DNA of 64,000 bases from an uncultured Chlamydiae bacterium. Its GTDB lineage: Bacteria > Chlamydiota > Chlamydiia > Chlamydiales > SM23-39. A model generated the notes under the pieces. That model worked only from the letters and a program-made list of their open reading frames with translations, searched no databases and was not told the origin of the DNA. The translations under genes and the position numbers were made by a program. Numbering within the stretch: the stretch's first letter is position 1; the number at the start of each line of letters is the position of its first letter. Positions 10,881-20,727 of this stretch are shown one piece after another. The DNA lies in NCBI GenBank assembly GCA_963828125.1, contig CAWHDP010000001.1, positions 288,001 to 352,000 of the forward strand, given 5' to 3'.

Positions 10881-11089
10881 TTTAGTCCTTTTCCTTCGCA
10901 GATGCTTTCTACTCTTCGCACGCTTGTTGGCGACAATTCTCGTTTTTTTCCTTTGGCATGAATGATCTTGATTGCGCATAGGAATTGGTCTCCATTATAG
11001 AGTTTGTAGTCCATTGACCCCTTTTTCAACGTCCACCCTAAAATACGTAAATACCCTAGGAAGACTTTCTCGGGGATCGGCTTAGCCAT
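10859..11089 (-). CDS. HicA-like toxin (divergent)
   Basis: 76 aa, basic, LRILGWTLKKGS...IIH...EL pattern; toxin-first order. Confidence 0.55.
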   Translation of the reverse strand: MAKPIPEKVFLGYLRILGWTLKKGSMDYKLYNGDQFLCAIKIIHAKGKKRELSPTSVRRVESICEGKGLKWPPTKK

Positions 11090-11188
11090 TTCTACTGCCT
11101 GTTACTCCATTTTACCAAATCTTGAAATATTGTGACAGAGAATCAAGTTTTATTCAAGAAGTAGTATAGAAATTATTCCTAAATCTCT

Positions 11189-11657
11189 CTATTTACGTTG
11201 TTTAAGATACTGGTATACAGTTTCTCTGCTAACCCCGAAGTCCCTGGCCACCCTAGCCTTAGAGAGCCCTAGGCTTATCTTTTCTTTCAGCTGGCCTACT
11301 TGTTCGGGGGATAGGGTTTTCTTTCGACCAGTATACACCCCTCTTGCTTTGGCCACAGCGATCCCCTCCCGCTGACGCTCCTTGATCAGACTGCGCTCAA
11401 ATTCAGCTACCGCGCCCAGCATGCTGAGGAGTAGGTTAGCCATTGGCGAATCCTCCCCGGTGAAAGTCAGCGATTCTTTGAGGAACTGAACGCGTATTCC
11501 TCGGTCGGTCAAGTTTTTCACGATTCGTCGTAGATCATCGAGATTGCGCGCTAAGCGATCCATGCTATGCACAACAACAACGTCGCCCTTGCGCACAAAT
11601 CTCAGCATTTCCTCAAGTTTTGGGCGTTTAGCATCCTTTCCACTAGCTTTATCTGTA
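11189..11657 (-). pseudogene. Serine resolvase/invertase, 5' truncated by IS
   Basis: DKASG...RP...SMDRLARN...AEFERSLIKERQREG and C-terminal HTH; catalytic N-terminus (YxRVS) missing. Confidence 0.88.
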
Positions 11658-13215
11658 GAGGGAATTGCAAAACTAACGACCAAAAAATGCTTTTTTGGGG
11701 AAGCTTGTGTAGCAAGAGGTCTTTTTGGGCCCCAAAAATCACTTTTTGGTCGTTAGTCTTGTAATTGCGTGAAAAATCCCCGTCTTTTGAGAAAGCAGAC
11801 CCATCGCCCCGCTGAAGGAGCACAATCAAGCACCTTTTCTTTGACTTCCATGCAGCGATGCGACGTGACCAATTGCATTAATTGATCTGCAGCTAGGGTC
11901 AGCACGCCGAATAAAAGGTGGCATGCCACCTTGGCGTACCCACGCACTCTGATTTTGCAAGCGCCAAATTCGTCTTTTAGGCGAGAATTGGTTCGCTCCG
12001 CAGTTGATCGAGCGTTATAGCGAAGTGTCTCGGGGAAAACTAGATTCAAAGTTTTTCTGGCCAAACTCTCCTCTGCCAAGGCTTTCTTCAACTCTTTATT
12101 TCTTCGCGGATTCTTATCGATCAAGGGAAAACATGTCCGAGAGATTGACTATGCTCAATGATGTCAGGGACATCATAGGCAGCATCCATTAAGTCATAGC
12201 AGTTGGCGATCCTTTCTTTTGTTATGATTGCTAACGGGATTGCGGCTTGGCTGTCATTAAGAGAGGCTGAAGTCACAAGTGCACTCACGGGGATACCGCC
12301 ATCTATGGTATCCAAGTGCAATTTATACCCGGTCCAATACATGACGTTACCTTTGTTATCTTTTTTTGCGCCTTTATCGCATGCAGTTGGCAGATCTGTT
12401 AACATTTCTTCCAACGTCATGGTTCTCTGTTTTTGTATGCGTGTCAGCTCAGGTTCGGGCTGTTCTTCGGATTTTTTGGGACGCCCTTTTTTCTTTGGCG
12501 TTTTCTTCTTTGCACATTCATCGGCAGCTTTTTTCTGAGGCTTTTCCCTCGCTTCGATCGCGGTAGAGTCGCGCGAATTATGCAAGATCACCTCACTTGC
12601 CAGCGTTTTCTCAATCAATGCCTTGTGTGCGCGCTGCGGAAGTTCCGTCTTCGCAAAGTCAGCAAAAGCCCTCGAAAAGGTCGCCTCGCTGGGGATCTGG
12701 GCTACGCATTCCCATCCGCAAATGCGCCTCATGTTTTTGTCGGACTTCAATCGGTCCAGTAGAAACGTCGTAGTATCGATGTTGTAGACCATTTTGGCAA
12801 TAAATGATCTGGCAATAGCAGAACGTGTTTTTTGGGAACGTCCCTCGCATCCATCATAGCAGGGGAGAAACTCTTCGATACGCACAAACTCTAAAATAGC
12901 AATGAGTTGTTGTTGTTTTTCTGTCAGAGGATCTAACTCCTCCTCTAACCATGGAAAAAGCGTGCCTTGAATTTTGCTCCAATAATGTCATAGAGTTTCT
13001 GTCAGTTGACTCATTGAGTTCGCTCCTTGCTCTGATGTTTTTTGTCCTGTAAAAACAGATTATATCAGACGCAAGGTATTAGTATAAAAGGATTTATAAG
13101 AGAAAATTCTGGCATTACGAAGCTGACAAGAAAGAGGGATTTTTCGGCGCCCAAATAGCGCTTGCTACATGAGTCCCGAAAAATCCCTCTTTCTTGTTAG
13201 TTTTGCAATTCCCTC
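11658..13215 (-). mobile_element. IS5/IS1182-like insertion sequence
   Basis: 20-bp inverted repeats GAGGGAATTGCAAAACTAAC, flanked by TA on both sides. Confidence 0.8.
11753..13014 (-). pseudogene. DDE transposase with nonsense codon 9 and a frameshift near 12125
   Basis: MSQLTETL*HYWSKIQ...; RDSTAI, WTGYKLH, LMDAAYD; then ERTNSRLK in another frame. Confidence 0.85.
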
Positions 13216-13321
13216 TATTGAAATACAGAGATAAAAGTAGGGGAAACATGGTTCTCGGTTTTGACGATCCAGATTTTAAGGATTTAGTCGCGAACTTTAT
13301 GCAGGATGATAGCTATGAGAA

Positions 13322-13954
13322 GTGATCACCTACAAGACAGCTTATGGGGAATATATGGATGACGAGTTATCTCCCGTTTCGCAGAAAATAACCAAACCGA
13401 AAACAGATCCATGCTTGGTTTTTAAGTGCACATGGAACAATGAGGTGGGAACTGAAACCATTGAATCGATGGCTCTTTCCAGTGGAGAACAGCTCAACCA
13501 GGAAATTCTGAATAAATTCTTAGAGACTCTCCAACATACTGCTGGCTCCCAGAATTGGGAACATGTAGTAGCTATTCTTTCTACTTTGTCGCAGGGAATG
13601 CCCCAGTTTCAACGTCAAGATCAATTGAATCATATTGCGGCCATGCTGCCCCTCACTCACCCACAGGACAAGATTGAGGCCATGCTGTTCGGACAGTTTA
13701 TCGCTCTACATGAGACTGGGTTAAATCAACTAGGATCTGCAAATAGACAGGGCGTCCCAATCCAGAAAGAACGTTCCTACCAAATTGCCGCTAAGCTTCT
13801 AAACACAGCCAATCTAACTTTGCAAACTCTCCTGAAATATCGTGCCAAGGGCGAGCAAAAAATGCAGGTTGTTCACGTGAACGGGGGGCAAGCGATCGTT
13901 GCCCAGACTATTCAGGCAGATAAAGGTCCAAGAGAGGGGCCGGAAAAAAACTAA
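13322..13954 (+). CDS. Hypothetical mobile-element protein (start uncertain)
   Basis: EAML..Q and KYRAKGEQKMQVVHVNGGQAIV, a type often found beside HGGxSTG genes. Confidence 0.55.
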   Translation: MITYKTAYGEYMDDELSPVSQKITKPKTDPCLVFKCTWNNEVGTETIESMALSSGEQLNQEILNKFLETLQHTAGSQNWEHVVAILSTLSQGMPQFQRQDQLNHIAAMLPLTHPQDKIEAMLFGQFIALHETGLNQLGSANRQGVPIQKERSYQIAAKLLNTANLTLQTLLKYRAKGEQKMQVVHVNGGQAIVAQTIQADKGPREGPEKN

Positions 13955-13973
13955 TTAATGAACCCCTTGCATC

Positions 13974-14231
13974 ATGGCGCAGTGTACAGCAACAAGCAAA
14001 CGGTCAAAAGAGCAATGTAAGAATTGGGCGATCCGTCGGAGAGGTACTTGTAGGATGCATGGAGGAACCGCTAAGGGACCGAGAACCAAAAGGGGAAGGG
14101 AACATGCACGCCTGGCCGTTCTCAAGCATGGAGGATTCTCTCAAAAGGCCATGCATGAATATCGGGAACTAATGACCCTAATTCGTTGCAGCAAAAGATT
14201 TCTCCAGTCTTTGAGTTTTGAAGCTCTGTAG
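13974..14231 (+). CDS. HGGxSTG-domain protein
   Basis: QCTATSKRSKEQCKN...CRMHGGTAKGPRT...KHG. Confidence 0.8.
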   Translation: MAQCTATSKRSKEQCKNWAIRRRGTCRMHGGTAKGPRTKRGREHARLAVLKHGGFSQKAMHEYRELMTLIRCSKRFLQSLSFEAL

Positions 14232-14324
14232 AACGTTAGCATTAAAATGCTGAAGCTTCAAGACGTCTTGACTTTTCTAAAATTTTATGGCACGATCGCT
14301 AATCGTTCAACTTTAAGAGGATCC

Positions 14325-14522
14325 ATGTCAGATAAAGAGCAGATTGTACTTTCGAAAAAGGCCAAAACTACTGTTTACATGACGGAGGAAGAGGAAATTC
14401 TTTTGAATGAGCTGTTCATTAAACGACTCAGAGAACGCCGAAAAACCGATAAATCTGCTCTTCTTTGCGAGGGCATTCGTTTGCTCTTTGAGAAAGAAAT
14501 TGGAGCTCCAAACAATGGATAA
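14325..14522 (+). CDS. Small ribbon-helix-helix-like DNA-binding protein
   Basis: KTTVYMTEEEEILL...KSALLCEGIRLL; RBS GAGGA. Confidence 0.55.
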   Translation: MSDKEQIVLSKKAKTTVYMTEEEEILLNELFIKRLRERRKTDKSALLCEGIRLLFEKEIGAPNNG

Positions 14523-15567
14523 AAATTCTTTGGCTCAACCCGACAACCAAATCGATACTCTACCCGAAGGTTACAAGGACATCTTGGCTTCGATCATTAC
14601 AAAGATTAAGGCCGCTCAGGCAAGAGCCTTAAAAGCCGTCAACCAAGAGCTCATAGAAATTTATAGAGACATAGGAAAGACCATTCATGAAAAACAAGAG
14701 CAGCGTGAATGGGGAGACAATGTTGTAGAGCGTTTGGCCAAAGATCTTCAGAACGGTTTCCCTGGCATCAAGGGGTTTTCTTCTCGTAATCTATGGAGAA
14801 TGAGGGACTTATATAAATCTTACCAGGGGAACGAAAAACTGACGACATTGTCGTCAGAAATTAGCTGGTCTCACAACGTTGCCCTCCTCTCGAAGTGTAA
14901 GGATCTTCTTGAAAAAGAATTTTATATGAAGATGGCCAAGAGGAATGGCTGGACCTACCGTGTATTGATCCATCACATTGAAAACGGCACCTATGAAAAA
15001 ACAATCATAAGCCAGTCTAACTTTGAGAAGAGTCTCCCGACCAATCTTCATCCCGAAGCAAAACTTGCTGTGAGGGATGATTACGCGCTTGATTTTCTCG
15101 AGATTGGAGATGAACACACAGAGCGCGAATTGGAACGAGCCATCGTCCGGAATATCGAACTCTTCTTGCGTGAAGTGGGAAGTGCCTATTCATTTATCGG
15201 CTCACAATATCGCTTAGAGATCGAAGGGCAGGAATTTTTCATTGATCTGCTCTTATTTCACCGAAAGTTAAGAGCCTTGGTTGCAATCGAGCTAAAAGTG
15301 ACCGAATTCATCCCTGAATACATCGGTAAGATGCAGTTCTATCTATCCGTCCTTGATGATAAGGTTCGTCTTGAAGGAGAAAACCCAGCCATCGGGATTA
15401 TCCTCTGTAAAAGCAAAACAAGAACAGTCGTAGAGTATGCCCTCAAGGATGCAACCAAGCCGATCAATATTGCGTCGTATCACATGGTCAAGACGCTGCC
15501 ACAGGAGCTGAAAGACCAATTGCCGTCTCCAGAGCAAATTGCCCTCCTACTAGAGCATATGAGCTGA
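14515..15567 (+). CDS. YhcG/DUF1016 PD-(D/E)XK nuclease-domain protein
   Basis: GFSSRNLWRM, ISWSHN, FFIDLLLFHRKLRALVAIELK, ENPAIGIILC. Confidence 0.92.
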   Translation: MDKNSLAQPDNQIDTLPEGYKDILASIITKIKAAQARALKAVNQELIEIYRDIGKTIHEKQEQREWGDNVVERLAKDLQNGFPGIKGFSSRNLWRMRDLYKSYQGNEKLTTLSSEISWSHNVALLSKCKDLLEKEFYMKMAKRNGWTYRVLIHHIENGTYEKTIISQSNFEKSLPTNLHPEAKLAVRDDYALDFLEIGDEHTERELERAIVRNIELFLREVGSAYSFIGSQYRLEIEGQEFFIDLLLFHRKLRALVAIELKVTEFIPEYIGKMQFYLSVLDDKVRLEGENPAIGIILCKSKTRTVVEYALKDATKPINIASYHMVKTLPQELKDQLPSPEQIALLLEHMS

Positions 15568-15574
15568 GGTTAAG

Positions 15575-16039
15575 ATGATCCATTTTTTTATTATTCTACA
15601 AACCATTCTGTTTTTTTTCATGGCTCTTCATGATTGGGTAGATATCCCGCCGTTTACCAATCTTTCCGCATTGAGGAAAGCTCATTCACTTCGATTCCGT
15701 CTGCTTGGATCTTGCATCAACGGAGGTTTGGTATTACTTCCTCTCATTGTTACTTTGCTCTATACATCCTCACCAATGCCTCTCTGGGCTCGGTTGTTTC
15801 TTACCGGCATTTATGGGCTTATCACAATAGGGACTATTACCGCTTGGTGGATCCCATATTTTGGAGGAGGATATTGGATACAGGGAAATAAAGCGGGATT
15901 TGAAGAATATCGCGATACTCATTCTTTTCTACCACCAAGAGGTAGTAATGTTGTTCCAAACACTCTTCATGTCATTTTGCATCTTCAAATTTGGAGCTGC
16001 TTTGGCTTGTCACTTTACTGGCTGTTTTCTGGAGGATAA
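15575..16039 (+). CDS. Hypothetical membrane protein
   Basis: Several hydrophobic segments; HDWVDIPPF and PNTLH motifs. Confidence 0.7.
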   Translation: MIHFFIILQTILFFFMALHDWVDIPPFTNLSALRKAHSLRFRLLGSCINGGLVLLPLIVTLLYTSSPMPLWARLFLTGIYGLITIGTITAWWIPYFGGGYWIQGNKAGFEEYRDTHSFLPPRGSNVVPNTLHVILHLQIWSCFGLSLYWLFSGG

Positions 16040-16043
16040 CTCA

Positions 16044-17168
16044 ATGGCAAATAGTTCTGTGCAAATTATCTACTTGAATGGACCGTCCAGCAGCGGCAAG
16101 ACAACGCTAGCAAAAGGATTACAACACGCGTTTGATGACCTATTTTTGCATATAGGCATTGATAAAATCATCGAGTGGATGCCAGAAAAAGTAAATGATT
16201 GGACGGGAGGTGTTGCTCCCCTTGGATATAGCTGGAAAAAAAGCGCTGATGAATCAGGAAACCCTATCCAAGAACTTCAGATTGGCCCTTACGCTGAAAA
16301 GATAGCAGATACGTTCCAAGAAATAGTGCTCTTGCTTGCTAAAATGGGGCATCATTTGATCATCGATGATGTTTCATTTGGGAAAAGACAGGTGGATGAG
16401 TGGAAGGCATTTTTGAGAGATTTTAAAGTCTTGTGGGTGGGAGTCAATGCCCCCCTTTCTATTTTAGAACAAAGGGAAAAGGAACGAGGCAATCGAATTG
16501 TAGGATCAGCGCGAGGGCAGTTTCATAGAGTGCATGCCGATGCCACTTATGATCTGGAGATAGACACGCACCACGCAACTCTTGCCGCAAACGTTGAAAA
16601 GATTAGATTTTTAGCTTCTGCTCGCGAAAATCAAGGTGAAAATCAGCCTCTTTTACGCTCTCTACAAAAAACAGATATTTCAACCTTAGTAAATCGATAT
16701 TCCTTCCCATGGTCTACTCCAGAAAAAACTACGGCGCTTTGGGACACGTATTACGAAGAACAAGAAAGCGGGATCCGCACTGTAGTGGTAGTAGAAAAAA
16801 ATCGTGACATCTTAGGTTATGGTAGCCTGCTTCGCAAGTCAGAATATTCCTTCTTCTTGAGCAGTAATATTCCCGAAATAAATGCTGTTTGGATCGACGA
16901 AGAGCATAGAGGGAAAGGCCTCGGAACAGCTCTTATCAAATGGATAGAAAATCTTGCAGTCGGGGAGGGGTATGACAAGATAGGGATTGGAGTTGGGTTA
17001 TATCGCGACTATGGCCCAGCACAACAGCTTTATTTTCAGCTAGGCTATACTCCTGATGGCAATGGCACCACTTACAAAGGCCAACCCACCGTGCCAGGGC
17101 AAACTTATCCATTAGATGATGATTTTATCCTTTGGTTAATGAAGAGACTGGACAAAAAAGCTCTATGA
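16044..17168 (+). CDS. Chloramphenicol-phosphotransferase-like P-loop kinase fused to GNAT
   Basis: IYLNGPSSSGKTT, LIIDDV, YDLEIDT; then HRGKGLGTALI. Confidence 0.85.
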   Translation: MANSSVQIIYLNGPSSSGKTTLAKGLQHAFDDLFLHIGIDKIIEWMPEKVNDWTGGVAPLGYSWKKSADESGNPIQELQIGPYAEKIADTFQEIVLLLAKMGHHLIIDDVSFGKRQVDEWKAFLRDFKVLWVGVNAPLSILEQREKERGNRIVGSARGQFHRVHADATYDLEIDTHHATLAANVEKIRFLASARENQGENQPLLRSLQKTDISTLVNRYSFPWSTPEKTTALWDTYYEEQESGIRTVVVVEKNRDILGYGSLLRKSEYSFFLSSNIPEINAVWIDEEHRGKGLGTALIKWIENLAVGEGYDKIGIGVGLYRDYGPAQQLYFQLGYTPDGNGTTYKGQPTVPGQTYPLDDDFILWLMKRLDKKAL

Positions 17169-17662
17169 CCAAAATGCATGTAAATGAATTTCACTTCGCT
17201 CCCGCTATACCTTCTCAAAGATCTATGCTACATCAATGGTTTGAGCAAAAACACATCAAGGCATGGATGCATGGAGTAGGGCTACAAAACACGTTGGATG
17301 GTCTAGAGAGGTTCTTCCAGGGAAACTCTGATACAACCTATTGGGTGGGATATGATAAAGATACCCCATTCGCTTTTCTAATCACCTCTTGCGAAGGAAA
17401 AGACGCGATTACTTTGGATGTGTTCATCTGCGATTCAAACTATTTGGGTAGAGGGCTCGCAGTGCCGATGATCCGAAAATTTTTAACTACCCATTTCTCA
17501 AATATGCAAAAAGTTCTGATAGACCCAGAAGCAACGAATACCAGAGCCATCCATGTTTATGAGAAGATCGGCTTTAAAATTACGGGAGAATTCATTGCCA
17601 GCTGGCACCCAGTTCCGCACTACCAAATGGAGCTGAACATGGAGGATCTATGTACAAAGTAG
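17165..17662 (+). CDS. GNAT acetyltransferase (AAC(6')/RimJ-like)
   Basis: YLGRGLA, IDPEATNTRAIHVYEKIGF. Confidence 0.85.
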   Translation: MTKMHVNEFHFAPAIPSQRSMLHQWFEQKHIKAWMHGVGLQNTLDGLERFFQGNSDTTYWVGYDKDTPFAFLITSCEGKDAITLDVFICDSNYLGRGLAVPMIRKFLTTHFSNMQKVLIDPEATNTRAIHVYEKIGFKITGEFIASWHPVPHYQMELNMEDLCTK

Positions 17663-18765
17663 TTATCGATCATCACCCTAGCCACCCTGACAATGAAGTC
17701 GTAAGAGAAGGTCTAATCAGATCTTATGAAGCTCAATTCGGTGAGCGAGATAAGCAGTTCTCTATTTTCTTAAAAAGCGACTTAGGCGAAGTTTTTGGTG
17801 GCATTCAAGCAATTTTTGATTCGGAAGCAATCTATATTGAAGCATTGTGGATTGAGGAAAATCTCAGAAAACAAGGGTACGGCAAAAAACTGTTGATTGC
17901 AGCGGAAGGAGAAGCCATTAAAAATGGATGTGTTTTTTCCTTAGTGGATACCTGGGACTTTCAAGCGGAAGAGTTTTATTTAAAAAATGGATATGTACGG
18001 ATAGGGGAATTAAAGAATTATTGGCACGACCATTCAAAAATATTTCTTAGAAAAAAATTAAAATCGACACGAGTAACTGCTCTAGGTCTTCAAAATCGCG
18101 AAAAATCTTTAGTCGGGAGAGCAAATATCAGGCTTTGCAAGGCAACTAAAGAAGACAGGGACACGATCCAAAATCTCGGTCGTTTTTACGTTTATGAAAT
18201 GTCGAGATATTGCGGTTTTTTACCGGATTGGGAAATACCGGTTAATGGCCTTTTCGAGTGCAGAGACCTTAGTTCTTACTGTGAACAGCCAGATCGCTAT
18301 GCATTTTTAATCAAGGTGGATGATGAGTTGGCGGGATTTGTGTTGATCAATAAGATTGGAACCACTCCGGACGTTGATTGGAATGTGGGTGAATTTTTTG
18401 TTGTTTCCAAGTTCCAAGGGAAAGGAGTTGGTCTTTATGTAGCAGAGCAAATTTTTAATCAATTCCAAGGGATTTGGGAGACAACGCAAATACCAGAAAA
18501 CAAAGCAGCTATCGATTTCTGGGAAAAGGTAGTGACTCGTTATACAGGGGGGCAATTCGCAAAGAGTTGTAAGATTGTTCCGAAACCGACACCGCTAAAG
18601 CATGTAGAGAAGATCGCAAAACAAAATAAATGTCATTTGGCTCATTTAGATACATTTGATTTCCAGGCAAAGGACTTTTATCTTGAGCATGGATATTCTG
18701 TTTTCGGCGTTCTAGAGAATGCTCCAAAAGGGCATTCCCGTTACTACATGAAAAAGGATCTATAA
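17650..18765 (+). CDS. Multi-GNAT fusion (two domains plus partial third)
   Basis: LRKQGYGKKLL, FQGKGVG, and two DTxDFQAxxFYLxxGY motifs. Confidence 0.8.
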   Translation: MYKVVIDHHPSHPDNEVVREGLIRSYEAQFGERDKQFSIFLKSDLGEVFGGIQAIFDSEAIYIEALWIEENLRKQGYGKKLLIAAEGEAIKNGCVFSLVDTWDFQAEEFYLKNGYVRIGELKNYWHDHSKIFLRKKLKSTRVTALGLQNREKSLVGRANIRLCKATKEDRDTIQNLGRFYVYEMSRYCGFLPDWEIPVNGLFECRDLSSYCEQPDRYAFLIKVDDELAGFVLINKIGTTPDVDWNVGEFFVVSKFQGKGVGLYVAEQIFNQFQGIWETTQIPENKAAIDFWEKVVTRYTGGQFAKSCKIVPKPTPLKHVEKIAKQNKCHLAHLDTFDFQAKDFYLEHGYSVFGVLENAPKGHSRYYMKKDL

Positions 18766-18812
18766 GGAGAAAATGTGGATCCTCTCATCTCTCGATATAT
18801 TGAGGAAAATTT

Positions 18813-19463
18813 ATGAAAATGGTGGCGATTTCTGAATTTTTGGATGATTTAAATAAACGATTTGGCATTTACCTTGATACTGTACAGGGATTTATTTCAA
18901 ATCATAGATGGTTGTTACAGAGTCAGGAAAAAGTTCAACGACAGCATGGGTTATCTATAGAACAGCAAGATGCCGCTTTTATGATTCGAAGCAATCATCC
19001 GCCGTCTCCAGACTTGGAAGAATGTGCTCGAAGAGAAAAACACTGGATGACTCAAGCACAATATAAGGAGAATAATGCGTTGGGCGGTCTGAATCATAGG
19101 ATAGCGCTTGAGGATTGCTTGTGTGCAATCTACAATTTATGGGACGAATTTAAAACGTGTATTCTCAAGAAAAAGGGGATGCCCGATAGGCAGATAATGC
19201 CAGTCATGGATTATCTCAACAATATGCGAGATCGGTTGACTCATCACAAAAATCATCCGGAAAAGGGGAAAAGCAAGTTGATAGAAGCTCTTCCCCTCAA
19301 ATATTTACAGCACGCTTTACCCTCATTTGCCAAAGACCAAAATATCGCTCTTTCTCCTGATGATTTAGATGCCATTATTGTAGAAGTGCGTGGGTGGATT
19401 CAAGCGACTGTATCTCCTGTTAATGCCGGAATTTTGCCGGAGTCGCCGATTTCCAGCGTTTGA
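18813..19463 (+). CDS. Hypothetical helical protein, possible HEPN domain
   Basis: 216-aa ORF with Rx4H (RDRLTH). Confidence 0.5.
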   Translation: MKMVAISEFLDDLNKRFGIYLDTVQGFISNHRWLLQSQEKVQRQHGLSIEQQDAAFMIRSNHPPSPDLEECARREKHWMTQAQYKENNALGGLNHRIALEDCLCAIYNLWDEFKTCILKKKGMPDRQIMPVMDYLNNMRDRLTHHKNHPEKGKSKLIEALPLKYLQHALPSFAKDQNIALSPDDLDAIIVEVRGWIQATVSPVNAGILPESPISSV

Positions 19464-19580
19464 CTTTGGTTGCTCTCCCTTACCAATATTTCTTAGAAAA
19501 AATCTCATTTCCTCTATAGACTTGTGTAAGCAAAGATGATCTAAGGTCATTTGAAGTACTTGAAGGAAACGGTTCCTCAA
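19427..19580 (+). other. Class A att-arm-like flank (CGGAATTTTGCCGGAG variant)
   Basis: 154 bp before core 2; shares CAATATTT, CTATAGACTT, AAGCAAAG, TAAGGTCAT, TGAAGTA with 3361-3514. Confidence 0.6.
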
Positions 19581-19628
19581 GACTGTTTGTTAATCCATTG
19601 GTCGAATGTTCGAATCATACACCCGGAG
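19581..19628 (+). repeat. tRNA-Asn 3' fragment, att-core copy 2 (TGTT duplicated in the loop)
   Basis: GACTGTTTGTTAATCCATTGGTCGAATGTTCGAATCATACACCCGGAG. Confidence 0.85.
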
Positions 19629-20011
19629 TTTGAGTGGTGACCACGTATCCAAAAGTTAGTCGGATCTTAGGCTAACGGCATCAGGATAGCCCAGTGCTGT
19701 AATCCCATTTATGGGAGTGCTGATCACATTGTCGGCGCCACTCTTTTTTCATCTACGCCTTTATGCACAAGTTCTCTAATGGCCACGGGATTTATTGATG
19801 GGAAGCTGGCCCAATTTAAAAATCCAATACTATCTCAAGGTTTAAAGCCCAATCCTCAAATCCTTTTGGGTAGCAGAAATGATAATACAAATCCCCACTG
19901 TTAAAGTCAGACCCTAAACGGGCAATATCATACGATATCCCTCCTAATCGAGCAGTCAAATGAGTCTGCAATATCATTTTATTCTGATATATATTGAGCA
20001 TATGTGGATAA

Positions 20012-20377
20012 TCACACTTTGGCTCTAGATCTTCTTCGTTTTGTCCTAGGTCTTTTTACTGTTACTGTCCCTCTTCTAGTCGATTTAGAGATGCGGCGTT
20101 GAGGAAGAACTCTGATTTCTACATTGCATCCAAGAAGAGTAAGATAGTAAACCAAGGTGTCATTGCTGAAATCATTGATTTTGCCAGTCATGAGGGCTGA
20201 CACTTTAGGAGGGCTGATGCCTAAGATGGTTGCAATTTCTTTTTGGGTTAGATCGCTCTTTCTGATCAAATTGACTACTTCTGACATGAGGTCAGAGCGG
20301 GTTGCTATCTCGTCAGCGTCATCGAGGCCGAGGTCTGCAAATATGTTGTTTGTTGTGATAGAATTCTTGTCTTTCAT
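20012..20377 (-). CDS. XRE-family HTH antitoxin (HigA-like)
   Basis: NIFADLG...LTQKEIATILGISPPKVSALMTGKINDFS. Confidence 0.88.
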   Translation of the reverse strand: MKDKNSITTNNIFADLGLDDADEIATRSDLMSEVVNLIRKSDLTQKEIATILGISPPKVSALMTGKINDFSNDTLVYYLTLLGCNVEIRVLPQRRISKSTRRGTVTVKRPRTKRRRSRAKV

Positions 20378-20727
20378 TGTTCCCTCTTCCATTCATGGTA
20401 ATCAATCTTTGCTTGTTTAAATCTCTGGAGAATTAGTTCGATCTCCTGTTTGGGTGTTGCGATGCCTTTCTGGCTCTTTTTCTGAAAAACGTGAAGTACT
20501 GCCACCACCTCTTTGAATTCTACCGTATATGCAGTCCTGAAGGTTCCCTCTCGCTCATCGACCACGATCTCTCGGATAGGCTCGTGCAAGTGCTTCAGGG
20601 GCTTGGTGTTCCCAGGGTCTCTTTCTTTTTGAATCTCTCTCAATGAGTGACCAAATTCTCTCTGCACGTCTGGGGGCAGCTCTTTTAGGTCTTTTTTGGA
20701 GCTGCCTACCCATAGAATAGGCTTCAT
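20374..20727 (-). CDS. RelE/Gp49-like (HigB-type) toxin
   Basis: WVGSSKKDL...FRTAY...VLHVFQKKS..GIATPKQEIELI; ATGA overlap with the antitoxin. Confidence 0.88.
   Translation of the reverse strand: MKPILWVGSSKKDLKELPPDVQREFGHSLREIQKERDPGNTKPLKHLHEPIREIVVDEREGTFRTAYTVEFKEVVAVLHVFQKKSQKGIATPKQEIELILQRFKQAKIDYHEWKREQ

Noticed and set aside
19640..20001. Possible decayed gene downstream of the HTH antitoxin
   Set aside because: 61-aa ORF with no recognisable motif; cannot be supported
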